Shown: piece after piece, positions 30,091 to 40,352 of the stretch | Position numbering within the stretch: the stretch's first letter is position 1 | Layout: each line of letters opens with the position of its first letter | DNA from: an uncultured virus (IMG/VR IMGVR_UViG_3300031232_000001) | Lineage: Duplodnaviria; Heunggongvirae; Uroviricota; Caudoviricetes | Virus record (IMG/VR): IMGVR_UViG_3300031232_000001 | Reading direction: 5' to 3' (one strand) | Length of the DNA: 64,000 nt | Translations under genes and position numbers: made by a program | Notes under the pieces: model-generated | What the model was told of the DNA's origin: nothing | The model's input: only the letters and a program-made list of their open reading frames with translations | The model's database searches: none

Positions 30091-30432
30091 ATGAAAATTA
30101 AAATCAATCAAACATTGAAATCAATCAACGGTAAAGACGATATGCTGGAAAAAGGTACGGCATTAACATTAAAGGATATTGTGGTGGCTTCTCTCCTGCG
30201 TCCTGTGGACGATGAATACCAACAAACCCCTCAGGGGGCAATGATTTCTAAAAAAGGAGATACGCTAAACCAAAAGCTTGAAAAATGGGATATTTTCAAG
30301 AAGGTACGTGACGCGGAGAACGAAGTGGAATTGTTAGCAAGTGAAATTACTATCATTACTGATATTATAGGTAACATTTACCCACAGATTATTGTTGGTC
30401 AGTGTTTTGAAATGTTAGAAAACCATAAATAA
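30091..30432 (+). CDS. Hypothetical protein
   Basis: 113-aa ORF upstream of the lysin. Confidence 0.5.
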   Translation: MKIKINQTLKSINGKDDMLEKGTALTLKDIVVASLLRPVDDEYQQTPQGAMISKKGDTLNQKLEKWDIFKKVRDAENEVELLASEITIITDIIGNIYPQIIVGQCFEMLENHK

Positions 30433-30439
30433 AACAACC

Positions 30440-30958
30440 ATGACAAAGGAACAATTACAATCAATAATTGGAACGGGTCAGGGAGATGCTAAATTGATTA
30501 CTCTCGTTGATGCTATTAATAAGGTTTGTACGAAGTATGAGATTAATACAAAGCTTCGTTTATGTCATTTTCTTACCCAATTAATTCATGAATCTGGGAC
30601 TTTCAAATATAATACGGAGATTGCTAGTGGAGCAGCTTATGAAGGTCGTAGGGACTTAGGAAACATTATGCCGGGGGATGGGATTAAATTCAAAGGACGG
30701 GGATATATTCAAATAACCGGACGTACCAACTATAAAGCTTTATCCATAGCATTGGGAGTTGATTTCATTGTTAATCCACTATTGCTTGCCGACAACCCTT
30801 GGAATATGCTTTCAGCAGGATGGTACTGGAATGATAGAAAACTTAACTTCTGGGCTGATAAGGATAATATAAACAGTGTTACCCGTAAGATTAACGGAGG
30901 TTTAAATGGCCTTAAATATCGTCAGTTTTGGTTAAATAAATGTAAGGAGGTACTATAA
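30440..30958 (+). CDS. GH19 endolysin
   Basis: HESG, YEGRRDLGN, FKGRGYIQITGRTNY and TRKINGGLNGL. Confidence 0.9.
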   Translation: MTKEQLQSIIGTGQGDAKLITLVDAINKVCTKYEINTKLRLCHFLTQLIHESGTFKYNTEIASGAAYEGRRDLGNIMPGDGIKFKGRGYIQITGRTNYKALSIALGVDFIVNPLLLADNPWNMLSAGWYWNDRKLNFWADKDNINSVTRKINGGLNGLKYRQFWLNKCKEVL

Positions 30959-31164
30959 TGGGTGTAAGAATTGATAATCTGGTAAAGCCAGATAATAAAA
31001 ATTGGGCAAAAGTATCTAATTATTTTCTATATACACTGCCTTTATCACTAATGGCTCTGCCTATTTCAGATGATTTAAAATTATGGTTAAATTTTGGTTT
31101 AACTATGGGGATTATATCACTAAAAGGTTTCAGTAAATTTACCAGTGAACCGGAGGACATGTAA
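30958..31164 (+). CDS. Putative holin
   Basis: 68 aa with two TM segments, directly after the lysin. Confidence 0.5.
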   Translation: MGVRIDNLVKPDNKNWAKVSNYFLYTLPLSLMALPISDDLKLWLNFGLTMGIISLKGFSKFTSEPEDM

Positions 31165-31778
31165 TGGAAATGATTAAAAAAGTATTGAGTAATGGTTTTA
31201 TAGTGCTTTTCGTTATCGGTGCACTATATTTTATTTTTACACGTGAATGCAGAAAAACAACATGTCCCCCGAAAGGGCAGGTATTGGTTACTCAAAACGT
31301 ATGGGATTCCATACAGAAGATTGCAAACACTCCTCCTACCGTACGTGTTGATACAGTGAGATTGAAAGGTAAAATAGTATATACACCTTCAACACTTCCA
31401 AAACCTGTCGTAAATCCTTCGGATACTTCGATTAAAAATTATTCAGACAGTATAGTAAATAAAGAAATCAATTTCCACATCGTTTTCCGCCTTAAGGGGC
31501 AATTATTATCATTGAATAAGTATTATACTCCTATTTCAACTGAGATCGTTAAAACTGTAACGGTATACGTCCCAAAAATTGTAGATCGTCCCGTTCCTGT
31601 TCCTAAAAACGGTTGGTATGTGGGTGTGTCAATTGGAGGAAATGATAAAGCTTTTTTATATGGAGGTTTTTTAGACATAATTTCCAAAACGAATACAATA
31701 TATGGATTGCAGTATCAACGTTATGGAAATTTAAATTTTTATATTGTTAAACTCGGAATACCTATTCGATTTAAATAA
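31164..31778 (+). CDS. Membrane-anchored lysis-cassette protein (spanin-like)
   Basis: N-terminal TM; C-terminal amphipathic beta strands ending in ...IRFK; last gene of the late arm. Confidence 0.4.
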   Translation: MEMIKKVLSNGFIVLFVIGALYFIFTRECRKTTCPPKGQVLVTQNVWDSIQKIANTPPTVRVDTVRLKGKIVYTPSTLPKPVVNPSDTSIKNYSDSIVNKEINFHIVFRLKGQLLSLNKYYTPISTEIVKTVTVYVPKIVDRPVPVPKNGWYVGVSIGGNDKAFLYGGFLDIISKTNTIYGLQYQRYGNLNFYIVKLGIPIRFK

Positions 31779-31783
31779 TAAGA

Positions 31784-31815
31784 AAAGCCCCGTTAAACGT
31801 CGGGGCTTTGTTTTT
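31784..31815. terminator. Intrinsic terminator at the convergence of the two arms (probably bidirectional)
   Basis: AAAGCCCCG-ttaaacgt-CGGGGCTTT stem, T-rich on the right and A-rich on the left. Confidence 0.75.
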
Positions 31816-32152
31816 CTGTAAACTTCCAATAGTATCCAGCACACTTTCCGTTCCTTTTAATGGCTTTAGTTAAAGATGTTCGGGATACTTTTTTATCCTT
31901 CGCCGCAATACTGATACTGGGATATTTAAATTCATTTCCATTTATATCAATTTGAGCAACGGCAATTCCTGAACAAGTTCTATTAATTTCAAATTGTTTA
32001 CCAGCATCAAACCCCGCTCCGTATATCATATTTACATATTGTTCAAATATACGGAGCGGAATATAATGATCAGTGGTTACGGGGGTTTCTATCTGAATGC
32101 TTCTAAGCTTAATTTCAGATAGTATTTTAAATTGAATCGTTTCCTGCGTCAT
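31793..32152 (-). CDS. NUMOD1-like DNA-binding domain protein
   Basis: VAQIDING...YPSISIAAK...KCAGYYWKF. Confidence 0.6.
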   Translation of the reverse strand: MTQETIQFKILSEIKLRSIQIETPVTTDHYIPLRIFEQYVNMIYGAGFDAGKQFEINRTCSGIAVAQIDINGNEFKYPSISIAAKDKKVSRTSLTKAIKRNGKCAGYYWKFTEKQSPDV

Positions 32153-32447
32153 TTGAAGTAATAATATTAGTTACTTTTTGTTCCGTTTCTTTTTTAATCC
32201 TTTCCGTTTCTAAATTATAAAAGGCAGCCTGCATTAAAGCCATTTTGATTACATCATAATCAAAACCTCCTGTGAGATATTTATTATAATCTTTAAGATT
32301 AATTCGCATTATTTCACAAAATTGTTCCTTTGTTAAATGATATTTAAATACTAAATTTCGGGCGTCGTTAGCCATAGATATTTGAATCCTCATATATCTA
32401 AATTCCAAATCAGTTAATTTTCCTAAAAACTTTCTAATGTCTTTCAT
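32127..32447 (-). CDS. Hypothetical protein (possible HTH)
   Basis: LTKEQFCEIMRI...YNKYLTG resembles an XRE-type helix pair. Confidence 0.35.
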   Translation of the reverse strand: MKDIRKFLGKLTDLEFRYMRIQISMANDARNLVFKYHLTKEQFCEIMRINLKDYNKYLTGGFDYDVIKMALMQAAFYNLETERIKKETEQKVTNIITSNDAGNDSI

Positions 32448-32452
32448 ATTTT

Positions 32453-32863
32453 TTATTTTTTAATTGGAGCATGTTCAACGTCATCTTCCACCCAATACCA
32501 GGCATCAGAATATTTCGGTTTCTTAAATTCTAGCATCGCATAATTCCTCACATCAACCATTAATTCCAGGTTATGTGTTTTTTCATATAATACAATTTTA
32601 TGTTTCATGGCTTCTACGAAATCATATGTATTGTCATCCTTAAATAAACCATATCGAAACGAAGCCTGTACCATTTTATTTTTTGCAAGTTGATCAAACT
32701 CCTCAGACCATTCCGAAGATTGCAGAGAGGCAAGCGTAGGCATAAAATTTACTTTATAATCTACTTCCTCAGTATTTGTAAAATCTCGCCAGAGATTATT
32801 TAAAAACATTTGTTCAGTCCAAATCATAACCACTCCTTCATCATTGGTAAACTCTGTATCCAT
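32453..32863 (-). CDS. Hypothetical alpha-helical protein, possibly an all-alpha NTP pyrophosphohydrolase
   Basis: FRYG...ELMVDVRNYAMLEF resembles MazG-like C-terminal motifs; weak. Confidence 0.3.
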   Translation of the reverse strand: MDTEFTNDEGVVMIWTEQMFLNNLWRDFTNTEEVDYKVNFMPTLASLQSSEWSEEFDQLAKNKMVQASFRYGLFKDDNTYDFVEAMKHKIVLYEKTHNLELMVDVRNYAMLEFKKPKYSDAWYWVEDDVEHAPIKK

Positions 32864-33456
32864 TCACATATTCCTCCTTTACCTGACCACTCCGTCATAC
32901 GATGGTTTTTACGTTGATGATACATAGCTCTGGCTGTTTCGTAAGACATATCATAATCGGCAGATTGCAAGAATCCTTCAGGGAGTATTTGCTTCATTTG
33001 TCGTAATAATTCAACATTTTTTGTATATCTGTGCTCCCGTCCTATATCATTTAACATTTTCAAGGTTTCTGGTAAAACAGCATCATCCTGAAAATCCTCA
33101 CGTGTTAAATCCGTCATACCTAATTTATGCATAGTACTGCAAGACATACGGACGGTGGCAACTTTAAATGTATCTAATTCCTGCCAAATATAGCGGGGAA
33201 TAGTTATAAAACATTGTACATGGATTAAACGTAAAAATTTACGTTGTTCCGAACCTAATTTAATAAGCTTTTTAGCCAGTTCATTATCATTAGGACCGAT
33301 TTTAAATTCTTGTAGATACTTACGTACATTGTCATCAAATGTAGTAATATCGTACCTTTCAAAACCTGAATCACTTTTATCCCAACTATTCATTGGGTTT
33401 CTTAATCCGTGTATTGCCGACTCAAAGCCATAAACCCTAGTGTTTTCAATTTTCAT
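32824..33456 (-). CDS. Divergent ThyX-like (flavin-dependent thymidylate synthase-like) protein
   Basis: RKFLR.IHV...PRY.WQELDT...SCSTMH...LP.GF...RKNHR..EW; the canonical RHR motif is absent. Confidence 0.5.
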   Translation of the reverse strand: MKIENTRVYGFESAIHGLRNPMNSWDKSDSGFERYDITTFDDNVRKYLQEFKIGPNDNELAKKLIKLGSEQRKFLRLIHVQCFITIPRYIWQELDTFKVATVRMSCSTMHKLGMTDLTREDFQDDAVLPETLKMLNDIGREHRYTKNVELLRQMKQILPEGFLQSADYDMSYETARAMYHQRKNHRMTEWSGKGGICEWIQSLPMMKEWL

Positions 33457-33482
33457 AATTTTAATTGTTTTAAGTTATTAGG

Positions 33483-33767
33483 TTAAAAATTTACATATTT
33501 ATCGCAACTAATATTCTTTAAAAATCTAAAATAATAAGAAGTCCCTAAATATGTAAATAAAAATCCCCACCAATGTTTCCGTTCAGAGAATATTAATGGA
33601 TGTTTTATTACGTCCTTAATTAGAAATCCAAATTTAAATAATATGTAGTCTTTTTTTGTATTAGAATAAAAACACCAAAAATACAATCTAATCCAAAAAA
33701 TACCATCAGATTTTTCTCCAATCCAATAAATAAATAATAAACTACCTTTAAACGTTTTCTTTTCCAT
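33483..33767 (-). CDS. Hypothetical aromatic-rich protein
   Basis: 94-aa ORF in operon context. Confidence 0.4.
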   Translation of the reverse strand: MEKKTFKGSLLFIYWIGEKSDGIFWIRLYFWCFYSNTKKDYILFKFGFLIKDVIKHPLIFSERKHWWGFLFTYLGTSYYFRFLKNISCDKYVNF

Positions 33768-33777
33768 TTTAATAAAT

Positions 33778-34395
33778 TTAAATTAAACGACTAATTCCCC
33801 GCTTTATATTTACTTCAAAAACTTTATCCGCTTTTTCCTCTATGTCTTCCCTACTAATACGCTCGTCCGACACCATTATAATTTGAATATTCAAACGCCT
33901 AGAAATTTCATTTATCATATCCAACACCCGTAAATTTGCCTGCTCTCCTTTCAGATGTTTAAAAGGTTCGTCAAGGATCATTACATTACGGGAATGAGGG
34001 GTTTGCATCGACCATGATGCAATGCGAAGGGCAAAGGCGGCTACATCTACCGCTCCACCTCCGCTTGCATTCTTTGGTTCACATTTAAATCCGTCACGTT
34101 CAAAAAATAAATCACATTCCGTTTTATTCCTTCGTTGAACAAATTCTACAGATAATTCATAAGGTTGATCAAACACAGAGGACAAAGCCATGGATGTAAT
34201 ATTTGAAATATGAAACTGCAATTCCTTTTGTGTTTTCAGACCAACTTCCTTTATTACTTCCCGTGCTTTTTCGTGCAATTGCAATTCTTTTTCCTTCGTT
34301 GAAATTTCAGATTGTAAGGTTTCAATGGAATTAGAAAGTTGTAATTGTTGTCCTTTTCGTTGCTCTAAACGATTCCTATAAAATTTTACATCCAT
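33778..34395 (-). CDS. SbcC/Rad50 ATPase, C-terminal half
   Basis: Coiled coil, signature-like ASGGG, Walker B ILDEP. Confidence 0.8.
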   Translation of the reverse strand: MDVKFYRNRLEQRKGQQLQLSNSIETLQSEISTKEKELQLHEKAREVIKEVGLKTQKELQFHISNITSMALSSVFDQPYELSVEFVQRRNKTECDLFFERDGFKCEPKNASGGGAVDVAAFALRIASWSMQTPHSRNVMILDEPFKHLKGEQANLRVLDMINEISRRLNIQIIMVSDERISREDIEEKADKVFEVNIKRGISRLI

Positions 34396-34594
34396 TTTTA
34401 ATTAGTATTATATTACGTGTGGAAGTTACGAGAATTTCCTCAATTCTTTTCTTCGGAATATCATAATGTGTTTTATGAAACCAACAAGGATTTATATCAA
34501 GTTGTTTTGCCATTTTATGCAAATTCCAAACAGAATAAGGGTAACAAATAAGATGCCTTTTATCATCATAAATAAATTGAATATTTATTTTCAT
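34376..34594 (-). CDS. DUF4031-like small protein
   Basis: LHKMAKQL.I..CWF...HYDIPKKR; ATG at 34594 preferred. Confidence 0.5.
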   Translation of the reverse strand: MKINIQFIYDDKRHLICYPYSVWNLHKMAKQLDINPCWFHKTHYDIPKKRIEEILVTSTRNIILIKNGCKIL

Positions 34595-34810
34595 AATCCA
34601 ACTAGTATTAAGAGTAAAAATAAACCAATTATGATAGCTATTTGTAAACAACCTTTACTATCTCGTGGTGGTTTCCATTTGTTTTTCATTTCTTTTTCTT
34701 TTTAATAATTATAGCAATTGTTGGAATTAAGCAAATATAAATTATTGCTTTTTTCTTGTCAATAAATAATCCTAACCACAAATCATACCAAATAAATTTT
34801 ATATTTATTT

Positions 34811-35041
34811 TCATACCTCGTATGTTTCAAGTTCTTCCATTCCCGTTTCAATCTGCTCCGTCAGTTTATCAACCTCCTTGGACATTGTTTTAATTCGTTG
34901 TTCAGCCTCCTCAATAGTAGTACAGTCCCAATCCTCTTTTAATTGTTTAAATAGGGCTGTTTGGTGTCCTTTCAATTCTGCAGAGGTTTGTTTAGCCTCA
35001 TCAACTTTTTTCTTTAGTTTTAAAAGTTCTGATTCCGTCAT
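34811..35041 (-). CDS. Short coiled-coil protein
   Basis: Heptad-rich 76 aa, coupled to sbcD. Confidence 0.55.
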   Translation of the reverse strand: MTESELLKLKKKVDEAKQTSAELKGHQTALFKQLKEDWDCTTIEEAEQRIKTMSKEVDKLTEQIETGMEELETYEV

Positions 35042-35913
35042 TATTCTATCGATTTATATACTAAATCCATTACAGATTTATGTATTTTGTTAGTACTTTC
35101 AAATTGTTTTAAATTATCTTCGAATGAAGCTTTTACCTGCCAATCATCATTTAATTTACCTACGAAAGCTTCTATCCTATTGTTTTGCCTTTCCTTTAAT
35201 TCTAAATGTTCACGGCTGATCACATTCTTTTCAATTGGAATAAATACAGGTTCAACCGTATTTGTTTCCGAATGCCAAAGGTAAACACGAGGACGGTGAT
35301 TAATTTGATCTGCATCCATCCGCATCATAGACCCTGGGTTTACAAGTAGTCTTCCTTTATATTCTGATGTAAATGGTTTATGGTTATCTCCCGTTACAAT
35401 TAAATCAAATTGAGGATATTTACGAAGCAAGCAGGTGGCGGTAAGATCACTACATCCGGGAAAAGGCTCTCTATTTGTCCAAGTAAAAATATGCCAAACT
35501 AAAATATTTGCAGTTTTACTTTTTGGTTTTTCATTCCAAGATAAAAACTCAATATCTGTCCGGCATTGAGGATGAATTGCATTAGCGGCATATAATGTAT
35601 AAATCCCACACTTATGAGCCAGTTCCATACTATGTTGTGGAAGATCATGATTCCCGTATACTGTGTAAAATTGATCAGGTAAATGTTTAATTGTATCAGA
35701 TAATAGGGCAGGACTAGGCTTCCAATAGTCGTATAAATCTCCAGCATGAATAACTGGACAATTGTGTTTTCTTTGAAGTTCAGAAATAAAATCAACCTTC
35801 GTCCATTGTGTAGTAGGATAATCATCAATTCGGCATATAGGAATTGTTTCCCGTAAATGCCAGTCCGCTGTTAATATTAAATCAGCCTTCTTTATTTGTT
35901 TCGTTCGGATCAT
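35041..35913 (-). CDS. sbcD: SbcD/Mre11-like metallophosphoesterase nuclease
   Basis: ADWH, AGDLYD, GNHD, GDNH and NPGS. Confidence 0.85.
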   Translation of the reverse strand: MIRTKQIKKADLILTADWHLRETIPICRIDDYPTTQWTKVDFISELQRKHNCPVIHAGDLYDYWKPSPALLSDTIKHLPDQFYTVYGNHDLPQHSMELAHKCGIYTLYAANAIHPQCRTDIEFLSWNEKPKSKTANILVWHIFTWTNREPFPGCSDLTATCLLRKYPQFDLIVTGDNHKPFTSEYKGRLLVNPGSMMRMDADQINHRPRVYLWHSETNTVEPVFIPIEKNVISREHLELKERQNNRIEAFVGKLNDDWQVKASFEDNLKQFESTNKIHKSVMDLVYKSIE

Positions 35914-36323
35914 TTTTTATCGTTTAATCCATCGATCATTATGCCATCGCCAAGCAATTTCACCTTCATAATCATTTGAAGAACCAAAATAAAATATTTT
36001 TGATCCGTTTTCTGAAATAGTTTCCAAAGCCTCTGATTCTTTGAAAAACGGTCCTTCTAACATTGCATAAGATTTATCATTCATTAAAATACCAATACAC
36101 CAAGCTTCCTTATTTTTAATTGTTTTTTCTTTATATACTCTTTCATTTTAAATTAATTTCAATGGCAAAATCAAAAAACAACCAGAAGAATGTTATAGTA
36201 TATTCATTATAAAGGCGGACAAAACCAATAGTTGGTATTAATACAAATAATATATCTTTACCTTTTTTACAAAAATTACAACAAACCTCTATTTTAAATC
36301 TATCATTAAATTTCTTTTCCATA

Positions 36324-37373
36324 TTATTTTAGTTTAGTTCCACATAAAATACAAGTGTTTCCCATATTTGCTTCAAACTCTTTTTTTGTTACAATCCACA
36401 ATACATTGGAATCTTCTAATTTTTTATTAATACTATTAATTGATTTCAGAGCCTGCTCCAGCCTAACTTTTTTTGTCTGTATATTTTCTTTAGTTTGTAT
36501 CAGTTTTTGAATCTTCGTTATTTTACCATCCAAAGAAAGCAGGTTTCTAGTTTCTTCTATTTCCGTATTTGTTGCCTTAATATCATTTACCAATAAATTT
36601 AATTCTCTGAAATTCTTATTTAATTGCTTTTTTTCTTCCGTTTTTTTCAATACGTCTGTTAAAATAAAATCCGCCTTTAGTATTTCTGAATATTCCTCTA
36701 ATTCCAAATCAATTTTTTGCAGTTGTGAAATCAAACTTTTTAATTTCAATTGTTTTTGTTGTTTAATTAATCGTTTACGTTCCATTTCTTCCAGCACCTC
36801 TACCTCGATTTCAAACCGTTCTAAATAGTTGAATTTAGAAAGTTCCGTTTCTTGTTGTTTCAGTTGTTCCGTCTTGTAAGAAATATTGGCAGAAATTTCC
36901 CGTATCCAACGTTGTATGTTTTGTAAGCCTGTATCAATTTTATCAAGATGTGCAATTCTGTTAAAATGTTGTGCTACTTCACCTGCCGATTGACTAAGTA
37001 GGAAATGGGAATCTAATTGAGATTGAAGGTTTATTTCAGATATGTTTAAGGCTTGTTGTATTTCTTCGGGCACAGAAGTACCAAAAGCTTTAAATGTTAG
37101 TTCATTTAAATCGTATTGTTTTTCTCGTCCGTCATCCGTGTACGTTATTGTATAATTATCATCCGTGTATGCCTGTATAAACATTTCACTATTTTTCCAC
37201 CATGACCGCATTTCACTACCAAGCGGGCGGTTTTGAATCAGTTTTTTTAATGCACGAATAACAGCCGATTTCCCACCATCAGTGGGGCCAACAATCACGT
37301 TGACCCCTTTGTGAAATGTAAATTCAGAATTTTTATGACTCTGAACGTTTTGTAAAATAAGCCTTTCAATCAT
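36324..37373 (-). CDS. SbcC/Rad50 ATPase, N-terminal half
   Basis: LQNVQSH, Walker A GPTDGGKS, Q-loop, coiled coil, ending in CILC (zinc-hook-like). Confidence 0.8.
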   Translation of the reverse strand: MIERLILQNVQSHKNSEFTFHKGVNVIVGPTDGGKSAVIRALKKLIQNRPLGSEMRSWWKNSEMFIQAYTDDNYTITYTDDGREKQYDLNELTFKAFGTSVPEEIQQALNISEINLQSQLDSHFLLSQSAGEVAQHFNRIAHLDKIDTGLQNIQRWIREISANISYKTEQLKQQETELSKFNYLERFEIEVEVLEEMERKRLIKQQKQLKLKSLISQLQKIDLELEEYSEILKADFILTDVLKKTEEKKQLNKNFRELNLLVNDIKATNTEIEETRNLLSLDGKITKIQKLIQTKENIQTKKVRLEQALKSINSINKKLEDSNVLWIVTKKEFEANMGNTCILCGTKLK

Positions 37374-37592
37374 TTAACAAAAATGTTTTCCTCCAGCCTC
37401 ATGAGGCGTTGGGGCTAATAATCGATTTATCGGAATTACAAAATTTTTATTAACATTAATTTTAGGGTTGTTAATAATTTTTTGAAATCTTGGTGGAGGC
37501 GGAGGTTGTTCTGGGTTTAACTTTTTTGTATTTGCCTGTAAAGAAACTCCAATAAACAACATCATTATAAATAAAATCAACATTTTTTTCAT
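37374..37592 (-). CDS. Small exported Pro-rich protein
   Basis: Signal peptide MKKMLILFIMMLFIGVSLQA; PPPPP run. Confidence 0.45.
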   Translation of the reverse strand: MKKMLILFIMMLFIGVSLQANTKKLNPEQPPPPPRFQKIINNPKINVNKNFVIPINRLLAPTPHEAGGKHFC

Positions 37593-37621
37593 ACTTTTAA
37601 AAATTTAAGATTAATACTAAA

Positions 37622-38107
37622 TTAAAACACCCTCGAAATAAATAAAGAAAGCACAATTAAAAAATAAGCAAGATTTTCAATGGCATTGGTATGATACGGT
37701 ATTTTATTCCACTTACTTGTGGCATACACAGTAAATAAAATCATAATAACCGAAATCGGCCATAAATGTAAATTAAACCAAATTGCAGCCATACCAAGAA
37801 TAATTCCTCCTGTTGCTCCAATTACATGAACTTTGTTTTCCATGTCATCCGTAACTGTTTTAAAGCCGGGTGCAGCCCCGACAAAACAGATAAAAGCCCC
37901 TGCAAAAAACATTAGACCTGTTGAACCTACAATCATCAAAGGTATAGCATAACCCCAGGTAACAAGTGTAAATACCCATTGTCTGTTTTCAGGTAAATGG
38001 TAATAACTTTCGGAGATAGATGATAAAATTCCCATTGTTTTAAAACAGTACCATTCATATCCGAAAAATATGAACATTGAAACGATTAATAAAATTAAAT
38101 TAAGCAT
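37622..38107 (-). CDS. Hypothetical multi-pass membrane protein
   Basis: Five to six TM segments; SISESYY and H..GA motifs. Confidence 0.55.
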   Translation of the reverse strand: MLNLILLIVSMFIFFGYEWYCFKTMGILSSISESYYHLPENRQWVFTLVTWGYAIPLMIVGSTGLMFFAGAFICFVGAAPGFKTVTDDMENKVHVIGATGGIILGMAAIWFNLHLWPISVIMILFTVYATSKWNKIPYHTNAIENLAYFLIVLSLFISRVF

Positions 38108-38136
38108 GATAATTAAAATTTAAGTGAATAATAAAA

Positions 38137-38820
38137 TTATGTAGTTTTTAAAAGTTTTAATACATTACTTTGTTTGGTGGCTGTGTAATATACTGATAAT
38201 GCATCCGCCAGCGCCTGATCATCTGCTTTCACCCCGCTCCATGGTGCTTCCCGTCTTCTTGTTTGTTTTCCTTTGTTAGAACCAATTAGTGGCGGTCTGA
38301 ATTTACGATAAATAGCATCCACGGTTTCCTGTTTTTCCGCAGCCCGTTTCCCCAGTAGGCATAGTTTGCTATCACTTTCTGAATACCATTCAACACCGAT
38401 GTTTTTTGCATCGGCTAACGTCTGTACTATTGCCGTCACTGCTCCTTGCCATTTTGCAGCCACGGCAGATTGACTTCCGTGTTGTAATTCCGAAACAAAA
38501 TAAGTAACATTATTCTCCTCGATTACTTCCAATAAAATTTTGTTTACTTGGGAAATTCTGTAAGTATTATCATCGGCAACACGAATCCTCAATTTTTTAT
38601 CACATTTCTTGGTTTTAATACAGCCATATTTTAAAATAACACCAGTATATGAAATCAAAGCCCATCCAAATGCAGTCATGGAAGGATCCATTGCTAGTAT
38701 TGTACTTTCAGATTTTTTAACTATTTTTTCATGGAATTTAGAAATGGTAATATCCTTAAATGAGGAAAATTGTTTTGCAACATCTTCAATGGTATTTATA
38801 TTTTTTTTGTCTCTAATCAT
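38137..38820 (-). CDS. RuvC-like Holliday junction resolvase
   Basis: ILAMDPSMTAFGWA, VSE, and C-terminal ALADA acidic residues. Confidence 0.75.
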   Translation of the reverse strand: MIRDKKNINTIEDVAKQFSSFKDITISKFHEKIVKKSESTILAMDPSMTAFGWALISYTGVILKYGCIKTKKCDKKLRIRVADDNTYRISQVNKILLEVIEENNVTYFVSELQHGSQSAVAAKWQGAVTAIVQTLADAKNIGVEWYSESDSKLCLLGKRAAEKQETVDAIYRKFRPPLIGSNKGKQTRRREAPWSGVKADDQALADALSVYYTATKQSNVLKLLKTT

Positions 38821-38943
38821 GATGTAAGTATTAATAAGGCTTGATTGTATTGCTGCAATAATTTAGTAAGATTTTCTTTGTGTGTTAAATGTGTAGCCGC
38901 ATCAATATCTCCTTCCATTGTAGTTCTAACGTAGAAAAACTCA

Positions 38944-39999
38944 TTATCGTTTTGGTTTACGTTCTACCTTAAATTTAGAATCAATATATTCCCACAAATC
39001 AATTACTTCTTCCTTTAATTCATTCACCAAATCATTATTTTCCACAAAAGCAATTGCCTCCTCCATTGATTGTCCAACACTAACACCACCTACAGTAAAT
39101 GTAGTATTTTTGGTATTATCCTTAATGTATTGAAGATTTCCTCGTATATCATCAATACCATAACCGTAAATAATATAAATTTTAGCTTTACGGTATGGGT
39201 CATCTACGGTTTTAATTACTTCCAAATCTACCTCAATACCTATTACTTTCTTTTTTTCCTTCCCCGCAACTTTAATTACCTTATATATTTTTTCAGGGCT
39301 GGAAAAATTAATTCTGACCGAGGCGTAAAAAGATATAGCTAATCCGCCTGATGCACTAAATTTTTTACCGTATTTACCTGCATCTACATTCGTCCGCACT
39401 TGATTACTACAAACCATTAAATAATTATTCTTTTTAATCATTCGGCAGGTTTTTCGTAATTGTTCGGAAAACTCCTTTGGACGGCGCATCCCCATCTTAT
39501 CTCCATCATCATTATCCATTTCTAATTCCGTGGAAAGTGCTGCAAGTGAATCCCCGAATATTCCATGAATCCCTCTATTTTTAGAATGATCGAAAGGCTC
39601 CCATGCACGAATATTTTTAAATAACTCGGTAACGGTATCAGGACGATAATAGTTTTTACCTTCAATATTCATTCCAAATAATGAGGCAAATTCCTTATCT
39701 ATTCGAGCCTCTGGATCATGAAATTGTCTATCTCCTCCCTGTCTTTCTATTTCCCCCGCTATTTCACAAAGTAATGCAGTTTTTCCACTTTGTGAAGGCC
39801 CCGCTATTTCTACAAAAACGCCCCCACAAAGTCCACCTCCTCTTATTCTATTTGCTGAAATAGCAAGGTTTAAAAGAGTGCTACCCGTGGAGATAATATA
39901 GGTAAAATCACCTTCTAATTTTTTTTCCTTAATGATCGGCTTTTTTGCCTTTCGTTTCATTTGCTTAGAAAGTGATTCAACTGGTTTACTTCGTATCAT
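38944..39999 (-). CDS. recA: RecA-family recombinase
   Basis: ISTGS.LLNLA, GPSQSGKT, DPE, DSLAAL, NQVR and GG.AI.FYASVR. Confidence 0.9.
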   Translation of the reverse strand: MIRSKPVESLSKQMKRKAKKPIIKEKKLEGDFTYIISTGSTLLNLAISANRIRGGGLCGGVFVEIAGPSQSGKTALLCEIAGEIERQGGDRQFHDPEARIDKEFASLFGMNIEGKNYYRPDTVTELFKNIRAWEPFDHSKNRGIHGIFGDSLAALSTELEMDNDDGDKMGMRRPKEFSEQLRKTCRMIKKNNYLMVCSNQVRTNVDAGKYGKKFSASGGLAISFYASVRINFSSPEKIYKVIKVAGKEKKKVIGIEVDLEVIKTVDDPYRKAKIYIIYGYGIDDIRGNLQYIKDNTKNTTFTVGGVSVGQSMEEAIAFVENNDLVNELKEEVIDLWEYIDSKFKVERKPKR

Positions 40000-40352
40000 T
40001 TTATTTCCTCCAGTATTTGAACAATATATTTATCCAAAACACCCTTACCCTGTAATTCCGTTTTAACAGAATCTTTGAATACAATAATATCCATGTTTGG
40101 ATTGTTTGCTTTTTCAATTTTACGTTGGTTTTTAATTCTGTTAATAATAGCCTTTACCAACATATCCTCAGATTCTACCTGCTTTTGTTGATTGTACCAA
40201 TTTTGTATCAACGGCTTTAGTACGGTTGATTTGGTCACATCCTTTGCAGTGCCGTATAAGCTTAAATAACTGTGAACACATGAAGGCATTGAAGCCCCCA
40301 TGAGTTTACAATCCCGGTCCTTCTTAATGGCTAGAATTTTTTTATTTTTCAT
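39996..40352 (-). CDS. Hypothetical protein
   Basis: 118-aa ORF coupled to both neighbours. Confidence 0.45.
   Translation of the reverse strand: MKNKKILAIKKDRDCKLMGASMPSCVHSYLSLYGTAKDVTKSTVLKPLIQNWYNQQKQVESEDMLVKAIINRIKNQRKIEKANNPNMDIIVFKDSVKTELQGKGVLDKYIVQILEEIK

Noticed and set aside
35915..36146. Possible frameshifted small gene upstream of sbcD
   Set aside because: Can be read as a short ORF from an internal ATG; no canonical slippery site and no recognisable homology.
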